This document shows, piece by piece, positions 38,001-52,100 of a DNA stretch of 64,000 nt. The notes beneath the pieces were generated by a model. The model had not been told where the DNA came from. It saw only the letters and a program-made list of their open reading frames with translations, and ran no database searches. Positions within the stretch are counted from its first letter, which is position 1, and the number at the start of each line of letters is the position of its first letter. Location of the stretch: the NCBI GenBank assembly GCA_964106645.2, contig OZ067038.1. One strand, written 5' to 3'. This stretch comes from Podarcis pityusensis. Lineage: Eukaryota. The position numbers were made by a program, and so were the translations under genes.

Positions 38001-41000
38001 TTTATCAAGTATCATGTTTAATACTGTACCGTCTAATACTGCTGCATCATGATTCCATATCTTAGAATTACTAGTTACAACTATTTGTACCACTGTTTGT
38101 TACTACTACTACTACACCTTGGAATAAAAATGTAAGAAAATAAACAAAATAAAATAAAATAGTTGCATTTTCCACCTCACAGCAGAAAATGTTCAGATGT
38201 AATGTGCAATTGCCAGATATGCTCTGTGTTTTCCCCCCTGAAGGGCCTCAAGAGGGAGCTAATTTGCAAGTTTTGATAATTGTTAGTCTCTCCCTAGCTG
38301 TTGTTACTATATTCAGATTCATTATTGGTGTAAGAAATCAACAAGGCATCACTTGACACTTTCAGCTTGTACATTTTCTTATATAGCTAAAAGCGTATGA
38401 CTCTCTTGTGCAGAACGAAACTGTCCATGTTTGGCATATTTATGTATTTTAGATATATTTTTATAGAGTCCAAAACAATCTTTACAGCCTAAGGTAATGG
38501 GGGCAGGATCTAAAAAAGTCAGGTTGAAATTGTTTTAGTTTTCCATTCCTTTAATACTTCTTTTGAGTTTTCCTCAGATAATGATATTGTTCTAAACATA
38601 TGAATGTGTGCAGTAAAACTACAGTGAGGGTCTAAGGTCTTCTTTTGTTGTGTACCAGACAGGATGGGTGCTAAGTACCAGCTCCACTTCCCTCTGAAGG
38701 GGATAGGAAATGTTTAGCAAGTGGTAAACTATCATCCACTTGTCTTCATCTTTCCCTCCAGATTAGTGGCAAGGCATAATTAAGAAATCTTAGGTAGTAT
38801 TTTAGTTGCTGTGAATTTTGATTCAATATTGCTTGAATATACTAGGTTGGATCCAAAGACTTCCTTCCGTCAATGGAAAAAGTCCTTCCTTCAGGTTTCC
38901 CATTGGAGGAAGACACTTTCCATTAGAGAAAGGGACATTCAGATCCAATTCATTATTTTGCACATATTAGTGATTTTCAATTACATCCTGCCTTGTGATA
39001 GTCTGGCAGCACATGTTTATTGATAAGCTGCATGCTTTTTACAGAATTCACTATACATTTTGATTTATAGTACTTACTGAGCAATCCAAATGCCCTTAAC
39101 AGCAGCCTGCAGTAGCTTGGAATGAGTGGAGGTGTCCCTCTGCTCAGCTTTCCCTGCTAAGTCACTGTTGGCCCCCCTTCTCCTCACTGAACATGCAGGC
39201 AGGTGGGAAGGCCATTGGTTGCTGCTCCCACCATCAGGAGTCTGTGGAACACCCCCTCTGCCCGAATCTGGGCATGGGGCTGAATCTGGGGTGGGGCTGA
39301 GTTGATCTGGTCTCTGATGGATCCCAAACCAGTATCACTGCCATTATGTTGACAGCACTGGGCCTGATCACGGTGCTAGCCTGGGTCTGCAATAGTACAT
39401 CAGATTTGTTCCCTGTTTTTTCATGAAACATCTTTGGGGCACCTGTGCAAATCCTGTCTGCATAAAATATAGGTGCTCTGAAATAATGGACTAAAGTTAC
39501 TTAGGTCCATTGATTTCAATGGGTCCACTAAGAATATGACTTAATATTGGATATCACCCTCTGCATTTTAATTTGATAAAGGTCTGCATGCTGGACTTAA
39601 GTTAGCTATTGTGATATGTATCTGGGGTGCTGTGAATTTTTTTCAGTTAGCGGGATGGGTGGGACAAATTAGCCCCAGATGATTCATGCTGTCTGAAGCA
39701 AATTATCCATGCCCCATCCTTTCAACTCTTCATCATAAAGATCCTAGGGGCTCAAATAAAATGTCCTTTAGGGTACATAAATCTCCAGAGCAAGTCCCTT
39801 CTCCTTTAGGTCTCAGGCTCAGGAGAAACAACAGAATGTTACTTCCAAAATCCAAAGGTAGCTCTAAGATATGCACAAGCCCAACCCTTGGCCCCTACTA
39901 GCTTTGGGAGATAAATAACAATCTTTCCACAAGCCCAAGCTTTTCTTAAAACCTTTGGTGACCCTCCCTGCCTGCAGGGTCCGACTCTTGCTCTCAAATT
40001 GGTTCCATTTTTTGGTACCCAATGCATTTACACGCTAGCAGCCCACTTTAATGTTGTTTGTGTTTGGGATGGAAATGATTGTTTTCAGGGGTTCCCCCCC
40101 CCACCTATATGAGCACTGGGCTTTAACATAGGGAAGGACTCTAACGCGGATACTTTCCTCCTGACGGAGGGAGAAAAGGTTAAAACCATTTTTGAAGCTG
40201 AGCTTGCAAACATTGCACATCTCTAACAGCTTTTACGTGACTCGTAGTTCTGATGTCATTTGATGGTGCTGTTTTCTTTGCCACTGTACAAGCTGACCAA
40301 TAAACATGTGTGATACAAGCATTTGCGGCATTCAACAGGAAATGTAACCTTGCCTTCTCTTGACAGTTCTGGGAAAGGGCCCCTACAAGCTGGTCAGCTT
40401 CTTGGACAGAGAAATTGCAATTGGAGCCAAGCTGCTGGATGGTTCTGTTTTTCCAGCAAGAGGAGATGCTATTGCTCCTGGAGATGCAGTACACTTTATG
40501 CTGACATCGGGACTGTATAAGCCAAAAGCACATGGTAAACCCACTGTCGCTGTAAAATATCTAGAAAATTAGCAAAGCCAATGCTCATTTCAGATGCATC
40601 TCTCTTTCAAGTACCAGACACAAACAATGGGGAAATGGTATTATTTTCATATCCTTTTTCAATGTTTCCCCCCGCAGCAAGCCAGTCCTTCCTTAGTAGG
40701 CAGCATGGGTTCTGGCTGCATCAGAATGTAGGAAGTTTTGTAGAAGGAGCATTAAACCTCACTCTACATCTATCAGTAGGTTCTCAACAAGAAGGCTGTC
40801 TGCCAAAATCTCTATCTAATGAGTGGATCTTTACAAGGTGATTGCTGATTTATAAATAGTCTGACACTTCAGCTTTTCAGATCAACAAATTTGTAGACCC
40901 AGCAGTCCTTATGTTCCCTGTGGCAGGAACAGAGGTAGAAAAGCATGGGAGGAAGTCTGGAAACAGGCAGCCAGCTGTAGAATTAGTTACAGATAGGTAG

Positions 41001-43137
41001 CCGTGTTGGTCTGCCATAGTCAAAAGAAAAAAAATCCTTCCAGTAGCACCTTTAAGACCAACTAAGTTAGTTCTTGGTTAGTTCTTACCAAGAACTAACT
41101 TAGTTGGTCTTAAAGGTGCTACTGGAAGGATTTTTTTTTATATTAGCTGTAGAATTAGTGAGGTACAAATGGTTAGGTCAGCTGAGTTCACATTATGGTT
41201 GGTTGGCAGGTGGTGGGACTGTAGTTAAGTGGGAAACCACAAGTGTAAAGAGGTTTTTAGGATTACTTCCAACACCACCTTTCATTATTTGAGTTTTTAA
41301 AACATGCGTGAGTGAGCAATCAGATAACAGAAAAAAGTGAGTGATGTGTGAATGATGTGAGAGATGATTTTGGAGTGTCTTGATAGTTGCTTAGCCAGAT
41401 ATCTACTCCACTTTAGAGTTGAATGTGTGGTTATTTGTACTTTACAAAGATATTTTCTTCAACCATTTTTTTTAAAATAATAATTTTTGCTTCCTTATTT
41501 AGAAACGAGAAAGCAAACAAGCCAATGTGGTCTGTGGAGTAACTGGTACTTAAAAAAAAAATCAAAGTCTAAAACTGTTATTGAAATAAGTAATAGAAGA
41601 TAGTAGTGTAATAAAGGAAAGATTAAGGAAGCATATTGTTAAAAATTGTGTAAATGGCATCCAATTTGGATAAAACATAAGACAATGAAAGCCATTTGTT
41701 TATTTGCCCATTATTATTGATCTGACAAAGTATTGAATCTTCTGAAGCAAAACTCTTATTTGAGTTCCTGCTGGGGTGAAAGTTCAAAGTGCCAAACTGA
41801 AGTGACCCACTGTCCAAAGTTGTGAAGTAGATTGCAAAACATCCCCTTTCCTTCAGTGGACATCTGTATTGCTGGATTTTATCGGGAAATCATCTTCATG
41901 AAATTAGCATATGGATGTTCACATATGCAGACTTTATTTATATGTTATGGCTTTATGTGGCTGTCCCACAATATCTTCATGTGGGCCAGTTATGCTAGGT
42001 GGTCAGAGAAGGGCAGGTAACACTCTCACTCCCTTCCATGTGCATTGTCTGAGGTGACTCTTTGAGTTCACCAATGCTTATTGAAACTTAATGAAATTGT
42101 TACAAGAATTGGCTATTGGTAGTTTACACTGGTATTGCCAGTTTTCTCTCTACTGTGTGTATGGAAGAAAATGTCAGTTCCTTTGGTGCAGTTATGATTC
42201 ACACAGTAAATGTTGTCATCTTGGAAAATTAGACAGTATTCCCGAGTAATGAACTGTGCATCACACAACATCTGTTTAACAGAGATTATTTGTTCTCTCT
42301 GCAGGATTTTTAAAGAAACATTATCCAGCCCTGAGGGGGGACAGTTGATTTTACAGTAGTTTTATGGTTATTTTAAGCAAAATAACACAATGTACAGCGA
42401 AATAATATTTGGAACAACAGATGCTCATCTGAGTCTCAGTTCTATCACCCTTTTAGTGAGCGTTACTTTACCCTACAATTAAATCTGCTCTCAGCGTCTC
42501 TGTATTTAGAAGACCCTTTGAAAATTCCAGAGTAAAAATATGGCTAACACATAGAATTGCCTGTTACGGACATGTTTTCTGGGTTAAGGTGGCCAATTAA
42601 TGAGGGAAAAACTGAAAAACAAGAACCTACAGTACAAATGTTGCTTTATTGATATTTTTGTGAATAAGGGTTTGGTGGGAGGTATTTCCTGGCCATTGGG
42701 GAGAGCGAGTTTAATGAAAAATATAACTTGTTAAACACCATTTGTCTTATGGAATTAGAATGTTCTCTGAAAAATGTAGTGTTTCGAAATTCCTCAGTCT
42801 ATAGTTTCAGAAGCTCCTCTGTTTACAACAATAGCCCTATTCAGTCATGTACTTAACAGGAGTGTGCAGCGGCCACAAGATCTGCCTTGTATCCATAGCA
42901 TTTAGAAGCAGCCTGATCCATTTTGGATCTGATCTTTGTCATTCTGATTTGACTCATTATTCTGGTCCAAATCTGATCTCTTAAACCAGAGGTGTTTTTT
43001 TCTCTCCTTTGACTATAATGGGAGATCTAAAAATGGATATAGCTTTTTCCTTTTCACATAAATGGATGAATCTGAAGGCAAAGAAGCCACTCCAGTTTTC
43101 AGGCTGAGTCATCCTGGGGTTTTCATGCAGAAAACCT

Positions 43138-43173
<36 letters not shown>

Positions 43174-46100
43174 TGTCTGTTTTTTTTATTTTTTATGATA
43201 TTTTTTAGATGCAAACTGAATATATAGCAACCTCCTCCTGAGAGGATGAAGCCCACCAGTTTTCAGAAAGATAGTTGCACCAGTTCTCCCACAAAGGCAG
43301 ACTCTGTTATATTGGACTGGGAAAGTAGAAATCACATTCCTCCCCTAGCACTTAAAAAAAAAAATTTGGGGTGGGCATATGTAATCAGTTTAGAAATTGG
43401 TGACATGAGGAAGGTGTCCCTGGGTAAGAAACCTGCCAAAGTTCAGAAAGTTAAGTGCAAGAGCTATCATGATCCACCTATACCCCCCTTGTTAATGGTG
43501 CTATCCAGCTCAGCAGCATGAAAGACAGCCCTAAATCAAGCCAATCTGTTTTGTTATTCACAGTACAGACAGATCTGACACATCCCCATCCCAGTATTTA
43601 GCCTTATCCCCAAAGTCACATGATTCCTACCACTTTTGCTGTTATCACATGGGCAAATAACTCCCGAAGAATGTATCTGTTCTGTGTGTAAAGACTCCCT
43701 GCACAATTTATTATTCTGAGGTGCAAGGAAACTTGACGAGGTGAAAAGGCTGCCTGCTTCATAAGAAATGCCTCAACACAGTGATTGTAGCATTGGGAAG
43801 AACTCTGTGATTTTGAACATCAAACTAAACAGGCACCCCCACAGTCCCTTCTACTAGGCTTGCTCAATGCCTAAAGATAGTTTGAGATAGTATAGTCGCT
43901 TTGGGCTAAGCTGAGCCTAGCAGAACCTGCCTGTGCTTTAAAAAAGTGTAGAAACAGTCACAACAGAGTGTAGTGTGCTGGAGGCAATCTCAAAAAAACT
44001 CTGCTCAGCTCAGGTAATTATTTTTTGTTATTGCTGTTTGTTTTCCAGATCCAAACCTGGCTTCATTTGAATCAGCTGACAGACCAAATTATTTTCTTCA
44101 TTTAGCTTCCAACAATACCTTGGTTCTCGCCAAGTGGGAAAGAAGTGAACATTTTCAAAACAGATCAACGTTTACCATCCACAAAAACACATGGCTTTCA
44201 GGATATAGCTCCTTTGAGTCATTTGCAGTGCCAGGAGCCTTCATCCACATTTCTGCTGCTTCTGTGAATATTGTTAAATATCGCCACTCTGAGGCATTCA
44301 GACTTGCTACACTTTTCAAACTTGTTGGTAAGTACTTGAATATGAATTGTGGTGGCTACATTTTCAAACTTGATTTTGGCATCCTTTGTATGATATCATC
44401 TTTTACCATGCGATGCCTGACAGGAGTTCTCATAAATGACCAATCAATTTAAAACAGCATCCTGTGAGTGTGATATTTCTGTAGTTTAAACTTGTTCCTT
44501 TAGTTTTACCGGGTTCAGAATATAACTTCATCCAGCTAGCAATATAATGTTCAATTTTATTACAAATCAAGCGCCATTCCCTTCCTCTTTTCTTCTCTAG
44601 CTTGAAATGTAAAATGAGATCATGTGCACGCAGACCAGAAGTTCACAACCAGCTGTTTTGTAGGCACATGCACTGAAATTCTTTAGTGTTAACCCATTAC
44701 TCTCACTGAAACTCTTATTTGTTGGTCTGAACTACATAATCAGGTCAGATAAGCTGCTTTTTGTTTACTGACTATATATTCTCTATTTGGGTTAGTTCTC
44801 TTAATTACCTCTTGAGTATGTGGTTGTTTTGTCATCTGCCCCAACCTTAAACTCACTGTTTTTCCTGAGCGTGCTTCTTTTGGAAGAATTCTTTTGGCAG
44901 TTTAATTTCCAATTGTTAACTCTGCACCATGAAACCCTTGTAATGGTAAATGTCCAAAATATATACTTTTAATTGGAATAGATTGGTGTTATGGCAACAT
45001 GATGTCTTTGAGAATCAAAATAATTTTAATTTAGATATGAAAGCTACCCATTCAAACACTGAGCCTGTCCACAGATATGTTTAGATGATGGTTGACTTTG
45101 TAGGCTAATGTACACTCTGATCATCCCTTAGAGAATGCACCTTGCAGACCTTATCACTGTATTGCTTGTGACATTTAATGCTGCTGTTATTCATGGGCCT
45201 TGAATTCGCAAACATTCTGAGGAATTACTCTTTGGGGGAGTCTATGGTCATTGGGAGACGTAATACTTAGGAATCATTAAGAGTTTTTTTGTTAGGGAGT
45301 CTCCACTGGTCTATTTTGGAATCTCATTGTGGTCCCTCTGGCATTACTAGTTCAGTCACTTAACCCATTCCTAAAGCATCATCCCTAAAGATCAATATTT
45401 GGTAGAGTTTGTCACCATCATCAAGCGCTCCCCCTATGTAGATTAACTGGCAAAGTAATCTTACCCCCACTCCCTCAATGGCATATCTGTGTTTGTGCAC
45501 TGGATTAAGTGGAGGTATTCTGCCCAGTTCTGGTTCAGCCAGCTTCCTCCTTGCTGCCAATCTGGAGGTGGAATTGGGTGCCATCAATATATTGATGACC
45601 CCCTGCTGCCTACTCCAAAACATTTGGATGGCCTCTTCCAGAGACTTCATGTAGATGTTAAATAGCACTGAGGACAAGATGGAATCTTGTGGCACCCTAC
45701 AAGCAAGTGGCCAAAGAGCTGACCAATTGTCCCATCTGCATCTCATTCTAAAACTTACCTTCGGTGTGGCAACAGAACCAGGAAATGACAATGCTGCCTT
45801 GTCCCAACTGTGATAGGCAATCTGGAAGATTAATGTGGTTGATTGTATCAAGGGCCACTGAAAGATGTCACATTGCTAGACTAGGACTCTTATCCAGGCA
45901 TTATCAGTCCCAAATCTGGGTAGCAAATCTGCCTGAAAGTGGTTCAAAGAATCTATAACATCCAAGACCACTAGGAGTTGGGTTGCCAGCATCAATTTAG
46001 TTACATTGCCCCAAAAAGGTAGATTAGTCAGTAATTGTCCAAGCAAGAGGGATCCAACAAGGACTTTTAGAATAGGGAGTGGTCTTACAACTGATAATTT

Positions 46101-49100
46101 TAGAACTGCAAGGACCTTATTCCTACTTAGCTAATAACATCTGGAAGCTTTTAACCCAGAAAGGCAAGACTGAAGCATGCATAGAATCAGACCTAAACTT
46201 GTAAGGATTTTGTCCACATCCTCACACTGCACATGTTGAAAGGTATCCCTCACAATAGGACAGAAGATACTTTCAAGTACATCTACAGCTATTACAAATA
46301 ATCTAAAGTCCAATACTGAACTGTTCAGCATTTATTGAGCTTATTATACAGGGTATCTGTTCATACTAATATAATTAAAATATTCTTTTCCCTATAAGCA
46401 AAGGGTGGAACATGAAATGTTGCAAAAAAAGAGAGAGAGGCTTTGCTTAGGCTAGTTGTACAGTTACCAGCACATTGATTTTCATGACAGAAAGGGCCAA
46501 CTGCATGCCATGCAGAGTTTCCTGTTATCAAGCCATTGAATTAAAGTGTTAATAGTGGCATTGTGAATCTGCTTACATTTGAGGGCATGCTGAGATCCTA
46601 ATGCAGCTGTTGGCTGGCACACTCCAACTTCACAAAAAAATGACAGAATTTGTCATTGCCAAATGCTTGTTGCCTCTTGACAAATTCCTTTAATCATGAT
46701 GGTGCTGAAGAGTGGAGCAGCAGGATACATGAAGCTTTTGCTGTTACCAGGATATAAAGTGCTGCAAACATACACCTTAGTTTGAACGAAACAAAAATGT
46801 TGTGGCCTTTTTTCTTTAAGAGGGAAAGAAGAGGTTAAGATTTGTAGTAGACTTCCCTAGTGCTGCATTAGCTGAGAATTGTATATCTTTTTAAAAGTGT
46901 GAAGTCTTCGCCTTCCAGTCATGCCAAAGAATCCTATCTATGCCAGTGGAAAACTAAAACAATTTACCTCAGCAAGTGGGATCATATCAAATGATCATGA
47001 GGCATTTCATTAATCACCACATCCGAGGATTTGGGTTTCAGAGTTTTATAAGCAAAGAAACATGGGGCTTGAATCTTTCTCCAGTGTTCTTTCACAAGGC
47101 CCGACTTGCTGATGCAGGATAATTACATGGTCTAAAAATATAGCAGCATTTGTTTAAGTTAATGGAAAAGTTACACCAGTTCTAGAGTGCAGAGGCAAAG
47201 GTAGATTGGGTTTCCTGCTGACTGTCATAAATGCTTTACATATTAGAGCAGAACTTTTCTAACTGGGAACTGCTATTCCTGAATACAAATATTGGGAATA
47301 GTATAATTGCTCCTTTAAATCCCCTTGGCCAAAAGTGTCTTCATGAATAGGCTTGATGTTCTCTGAAGCATATCTAAAATATTTTTAAAGACCAAGAACC
47401 CCTAGAGAAAACCATTGTTTAATAAAGGTCATGTGAAGATTCTCAACTTGATAGCAATAAGTGTACCATAGATACCAATATGCATATCATAGTGATAGAA
47501 CACCTTCGATATAACAGATGCTGATAACAAAATAATGTTGTGGTTCTCTGGAGATATTTACTGCAATTATTTGGATTACTGTTTCATCTCCTTAAATCTG
47601 TGAATGACTGAAATTATCCTATCCATTTGTTTTGTGCATAATTGGCTTAATTGGCTAAAAAACAACACACAGGATATTCAAAGAGGAAAGCTCTTATAAT
47701 TAAGCATTAAGAGTCACTGTCACTGCATCCACCTTAGCTTCTAATTTCCTGGCTTTGTGGATCTTGAGCCAAAATGAGATATACTTAAGTCTGGCCATAA
47801 ACTAATGGGTTTTTTAAAAAAAGCATTCCATCATTTAAATTTGGTTGTTGTGTTCCACAAAGCATGTGGCTGGACTGTAACCGTTGACAACATGGCCCAT
47901 TTATTTTGCAATAAAGGGCACACAGCAGAAAGGTTCCAGGTACTGTGTATTTTAACCTCTATTGATTTCTCTTTTATATTGATGACCCTTGTATGGAAGC
48001 CTTCTATGCACAGAAATATGTTCTCTTGTACAACCCACCTTCATTGTATTGAAGTGAATTGTTTTAGATTTATTATCTAGCCAACAACATATTTTTTACC
48101 TCAAACTATAGTATATATACTTTTTTTTTTGCTATAGTTATTTTGCTATCCAGAATAAGCAAATTTATGCAGTGATACAGCTGCAGTTTCAGGGTTGTTT
48201 GTCATATCAAGCGCCATGATCATTGTACAGAGCATTGTTCCCTAATCAAGTAAGGATTGTGCTATTCACTATATAGAAAACAAATGACTGAACTTTAACA
48301 GATGGCATTAGGTTTCTTTTCAATTTCATGGCTAGTTTTTTTTACAGAGAAATGTGTCTGGTCTGGTGCAAAGCCATGACTTGAATGATCAGTAATAGCA
48401 CATCATTCTTTTGTTGTGAGTTAACTGCAGAGGCATCCAGAAACAGTACAGCAGTGTAACGTCCAGCTATGAATTAAGTGAATGCAGCCAAAACAGAATT
48501 AAGAAGAATGGAATGGAAATTGCTAATTAGGGTTGCATGGTGACACAAATAGCATTTCTCAGCAGAAATCAAATATAGCACTTCAGCTAGGTAGGTTTTG
48601 TAACACCTGACTTATAGCAGCTCTCCAATATCTTACAAATGTTTCCGAGCCCTGTTCCCTAAGATCTTTTTTCACATGAGAATCCAGGAATGGAACTCAG
48701 AACTGTATCAGTTGAAATTATGTACATATAAGAAATGAATTCAAATCGCTGTCATCAATAAGATTATGACAGAGAAAGATTTGTCTGATTTCAGCTGACT
48801 TTATAAAATTTTCGTTGTCATTTTCCAGCAAATGCCAGATACTCCCTTTCAAAATTCCCCAAATTCATCCCTGCAATTTGTAGTTCACATTGGATTCCAA
48901 TGCCTCCCAGTCTCAACACGTACCTTAAAATGGAAGCCTCCACTGCCACAAAGCCTTCCTAATTCCATCCTCCTCCCCTCATCTCAAGAGGAAGTTTGGA
49001 AAAGGGAATGGTGGACTTCAAGTATAATGGGCCTAAAGGATCACATCCTAAATTATTGTGTATGAATGAATGAGTCATGCTTAGTACAAATGGAGTATAG

Positions 49101-52100
49101 GTAACTTCACTCATTACTAGCTGGAATCCTTTATTTTTGACATTTCAGCTTTCCTTGTGTATATGTTTTTTACACAAAGGTACACTCGAAAAATGTTACA
49201 CTGGCACTCTGAAATGGTACAGTCTAAGAGCTGTGCTACATGATATTTCTTACTTGTAGGAAAGCTCCCATGAATAAAAATTGTAATGTGAGAAACTGTT
49301 CTAAATATGACCTGGAAAGAAATTTATCTCTCACTCTGTGTGTGCGCATGTGTGCGTGCAATGCCCTTTCACAACATTGCACTGGGAATTACTTTAAATT
49401 TTTTAGAGGTATCAATACCATACTTGGTCCATTTAATGTTGCATTGTGTACAGCCCACACTCTGTCACCCCAAAGCATGCAACCATTTGGAGAGAAAACT
49501 TCCTAGGAATTAAAATGCTCTACTGCTTGTGAAGAAAGAAAGCACTTTTGCGGGCACTTGAAACTCAGCCGGGATTGCTGTATACTATAAATAAATAGTA
49601 TCAGCAACCTAAGTTGCTGTGTTTGTAATATGAAAACATTCCTTCCAACTGAGACAAACATAAAGGAACTCAGCACTGGATCACCCAGAGATGTAAGCCT
49701 CTTCAGTTAAGTGCAATGTGAGGACATTTAGGGAAACTGCTTCTACCTTATGAGATACTGAAAAGTCCATCAATGTTTTCTGTAGTCATTAAAAATTAAG
49801 ATTGCTTCTTGCTGAAAACATTAGATTTCCAACATTTGTCCGTTGTATAACCTGTATGATCCAATACCTGTGGATCAAAGCACTGTCTACATTAGGCATC
49901 ACTCATTGTGGAATACATAAAATTAGTTCAATAAGGAGTGATCATTCAATGCATAGAGGTCCAAGTAAAACTAGAATATGTGTGTGTATACACATTACAT
50001 TAAAACTTTAAAATTCTATTTCTAGATACCAAGTTTAAATTTCTAGCTCACTCAACATGTGAGTGGCGCTATGACGTTTGTGCAAGCCCTTGTTTCAAAA
50101 CATGCAGAGATCCTTTGGCAGAACGCTGTCAAACTGTTCCAAAGTAAGTATTTTTAAATTTTTTTTAACAACATTCTTTCTAATAGTAACTTCAGGTGGC
50201 TGAGTGCCTCTCAATTTGGAAATGTAACAGATCCATCTATAGAGAACTGTGCAGTTTCTACATACACAGGAGAATGCAACTTTGTAAATGAAAAGAAAAA
50301 CAACACATATTCAGCAGCTTGGAACCATTGTATTGTATGGAATACTTATAGCAGTTGAGCGGGGGGGGGGGCGGGGAGAGAGAAAGGGCACAAAGCAGAA
50401 GTGGGGACAACTTTTTCAGCCCAAGTTGGGGGGGGCAGACAGCAGTGTGGACAATAGTAGGTGAAGCACAGAAGTATAAACTTATCAAATATAAAAACAT
50501 AATAGGGCTCTCAGTCTGAATTTCCTGTATGAAGGAAGGTAAGATGCTGATGGCATACTGGTAATTCAGACTAGGAGCCCTGTTGTAATATGGAGTGATA
50601 CCATTTTCTAATTTAATGTTTGTAATTTTGCAACTTATCTCCCGCCTGTGCCAAAAACATTTGTCCATCTGACTGAGCTGCCTCTTTCCATTCCAGCACA
50701 TCTGTCCTTCATTCAATACTTCATAATGCTTCTTGGCCAAGAGGCCTACCCCAGCTAATGTTTGTTATCCCCTCTCCCATACCCCTGGGTCACAAATTGT
50801 CATACCAACTCATGGCAACTAAAAATACCTTGGTGCATTCTCCCTATCTTTCCTCCTAAATAGAACTTCCCCCCACTTATACGGAATAAAATTATGCTGT
50901 AATGGAGGAAGCAGCCAGATTCATAACTATAGCATTAGAAAAGTAGGAGTGCCGTCCTGAGCAGTAATTACACTGGCCAAGCATTCACTGCAAGAGTAAG
51001 AGAGATACTTTTCATATGAAAGAGGTAAAGGATACTGGTCATGACACTGACTGTATGCATAGTCAATGTTATTAATGTTATTATTACTGTTATGTTATTA
51101 ATAACTGGCATTGACTTCTGAGGTTTAGAATCACACCTTTAATATCCAGTGGCCTGGACAAAACTACCTCTCCAATCGCTTCTGTTCTTGCCTCAGCTTT
51201 TCCATGCAAGGCAAATTTTTGGAAGGGCTCTGATGGGCCATCGGTGTTGGTATAAACAAACAAGGAACACAATTTTGTTCAAGCATGTAGAGGCTTTCTG
51301 CCAGTTCTAAATGGAAGTATTCATCATTGGAGAAGCATATGTTTTTGTTCCAAAGGTTACATCACATTGTTCATGAATCAGCAGGATGGCACATTCGGTC
51401 AGCCACAATGTAAGCCTGTCACAGAAACTGTGACAACAACCTGACATTTCTGCATCTTAAATGATCAAGAAATTAATAATGTAATTCACAAGCATTTAAA
51501 ATAGCTTGACTGAAGTGCAGGCTAAGACAGGTTTAAGTGCAAGTATGCCTGTTCAGGTGTTTCGTCAATTGGGCTCCTAAGGAGAGCCAGTGTGGTGTAG
51601 TGGTTAAGAGCGGTAGACTCCTAATCTGGGGAACCGGGTTCGCATCTCCGCTCCTCCACATGCAGCTGCTGGGTGACCTTGGGCCAGTCACACTTCTTTG
51701 AAGTCTCTCAGCCCCACTCACCCCACAGAGTGTTTGTTGTGGGGGAGGAAGGGAAAGGAGAATGTTAGCCGCTTTGAGACTCCTTAAAGGGAGTGAAAGG
51801 CGGGATATCAAATCCAAACTCTTCTTCTTCTTCTTCTTCTTCTTCTTCTTCTTCTTCTTCTTCTATTATTCAATCCCTCTCATTCATCTCCACATGCTGT
51901 TATGTGAATAGTTACATCATCATCATTATTATTTTCTCTTTTAGGGTGGAAGGATGTGTTCCTATGTGCCCTTCACATATGGTTCTGGATGAAGTCACTC
52001 AAAGATGTGTCTATTTTGAAGACTGTACGTAGAACACATTTCATATTATGTTTAGATAAAATTCAAAATACAGTGCTATGATTCCTTTCAGTATCTTGTA

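Noticed and set aside
40988-41144. Hammerhead ribozyme in the Penelope-like remnant
   Set aside because: Core CTGANGA/GAAA boxes are not present; that part appears deleted.
51581-51660. tRNA gene
   Set aside because: It is a tRNA-like SINE head continuing into a SINE body and tail; the same applies to the heads at 4034, 60745 and 63545.
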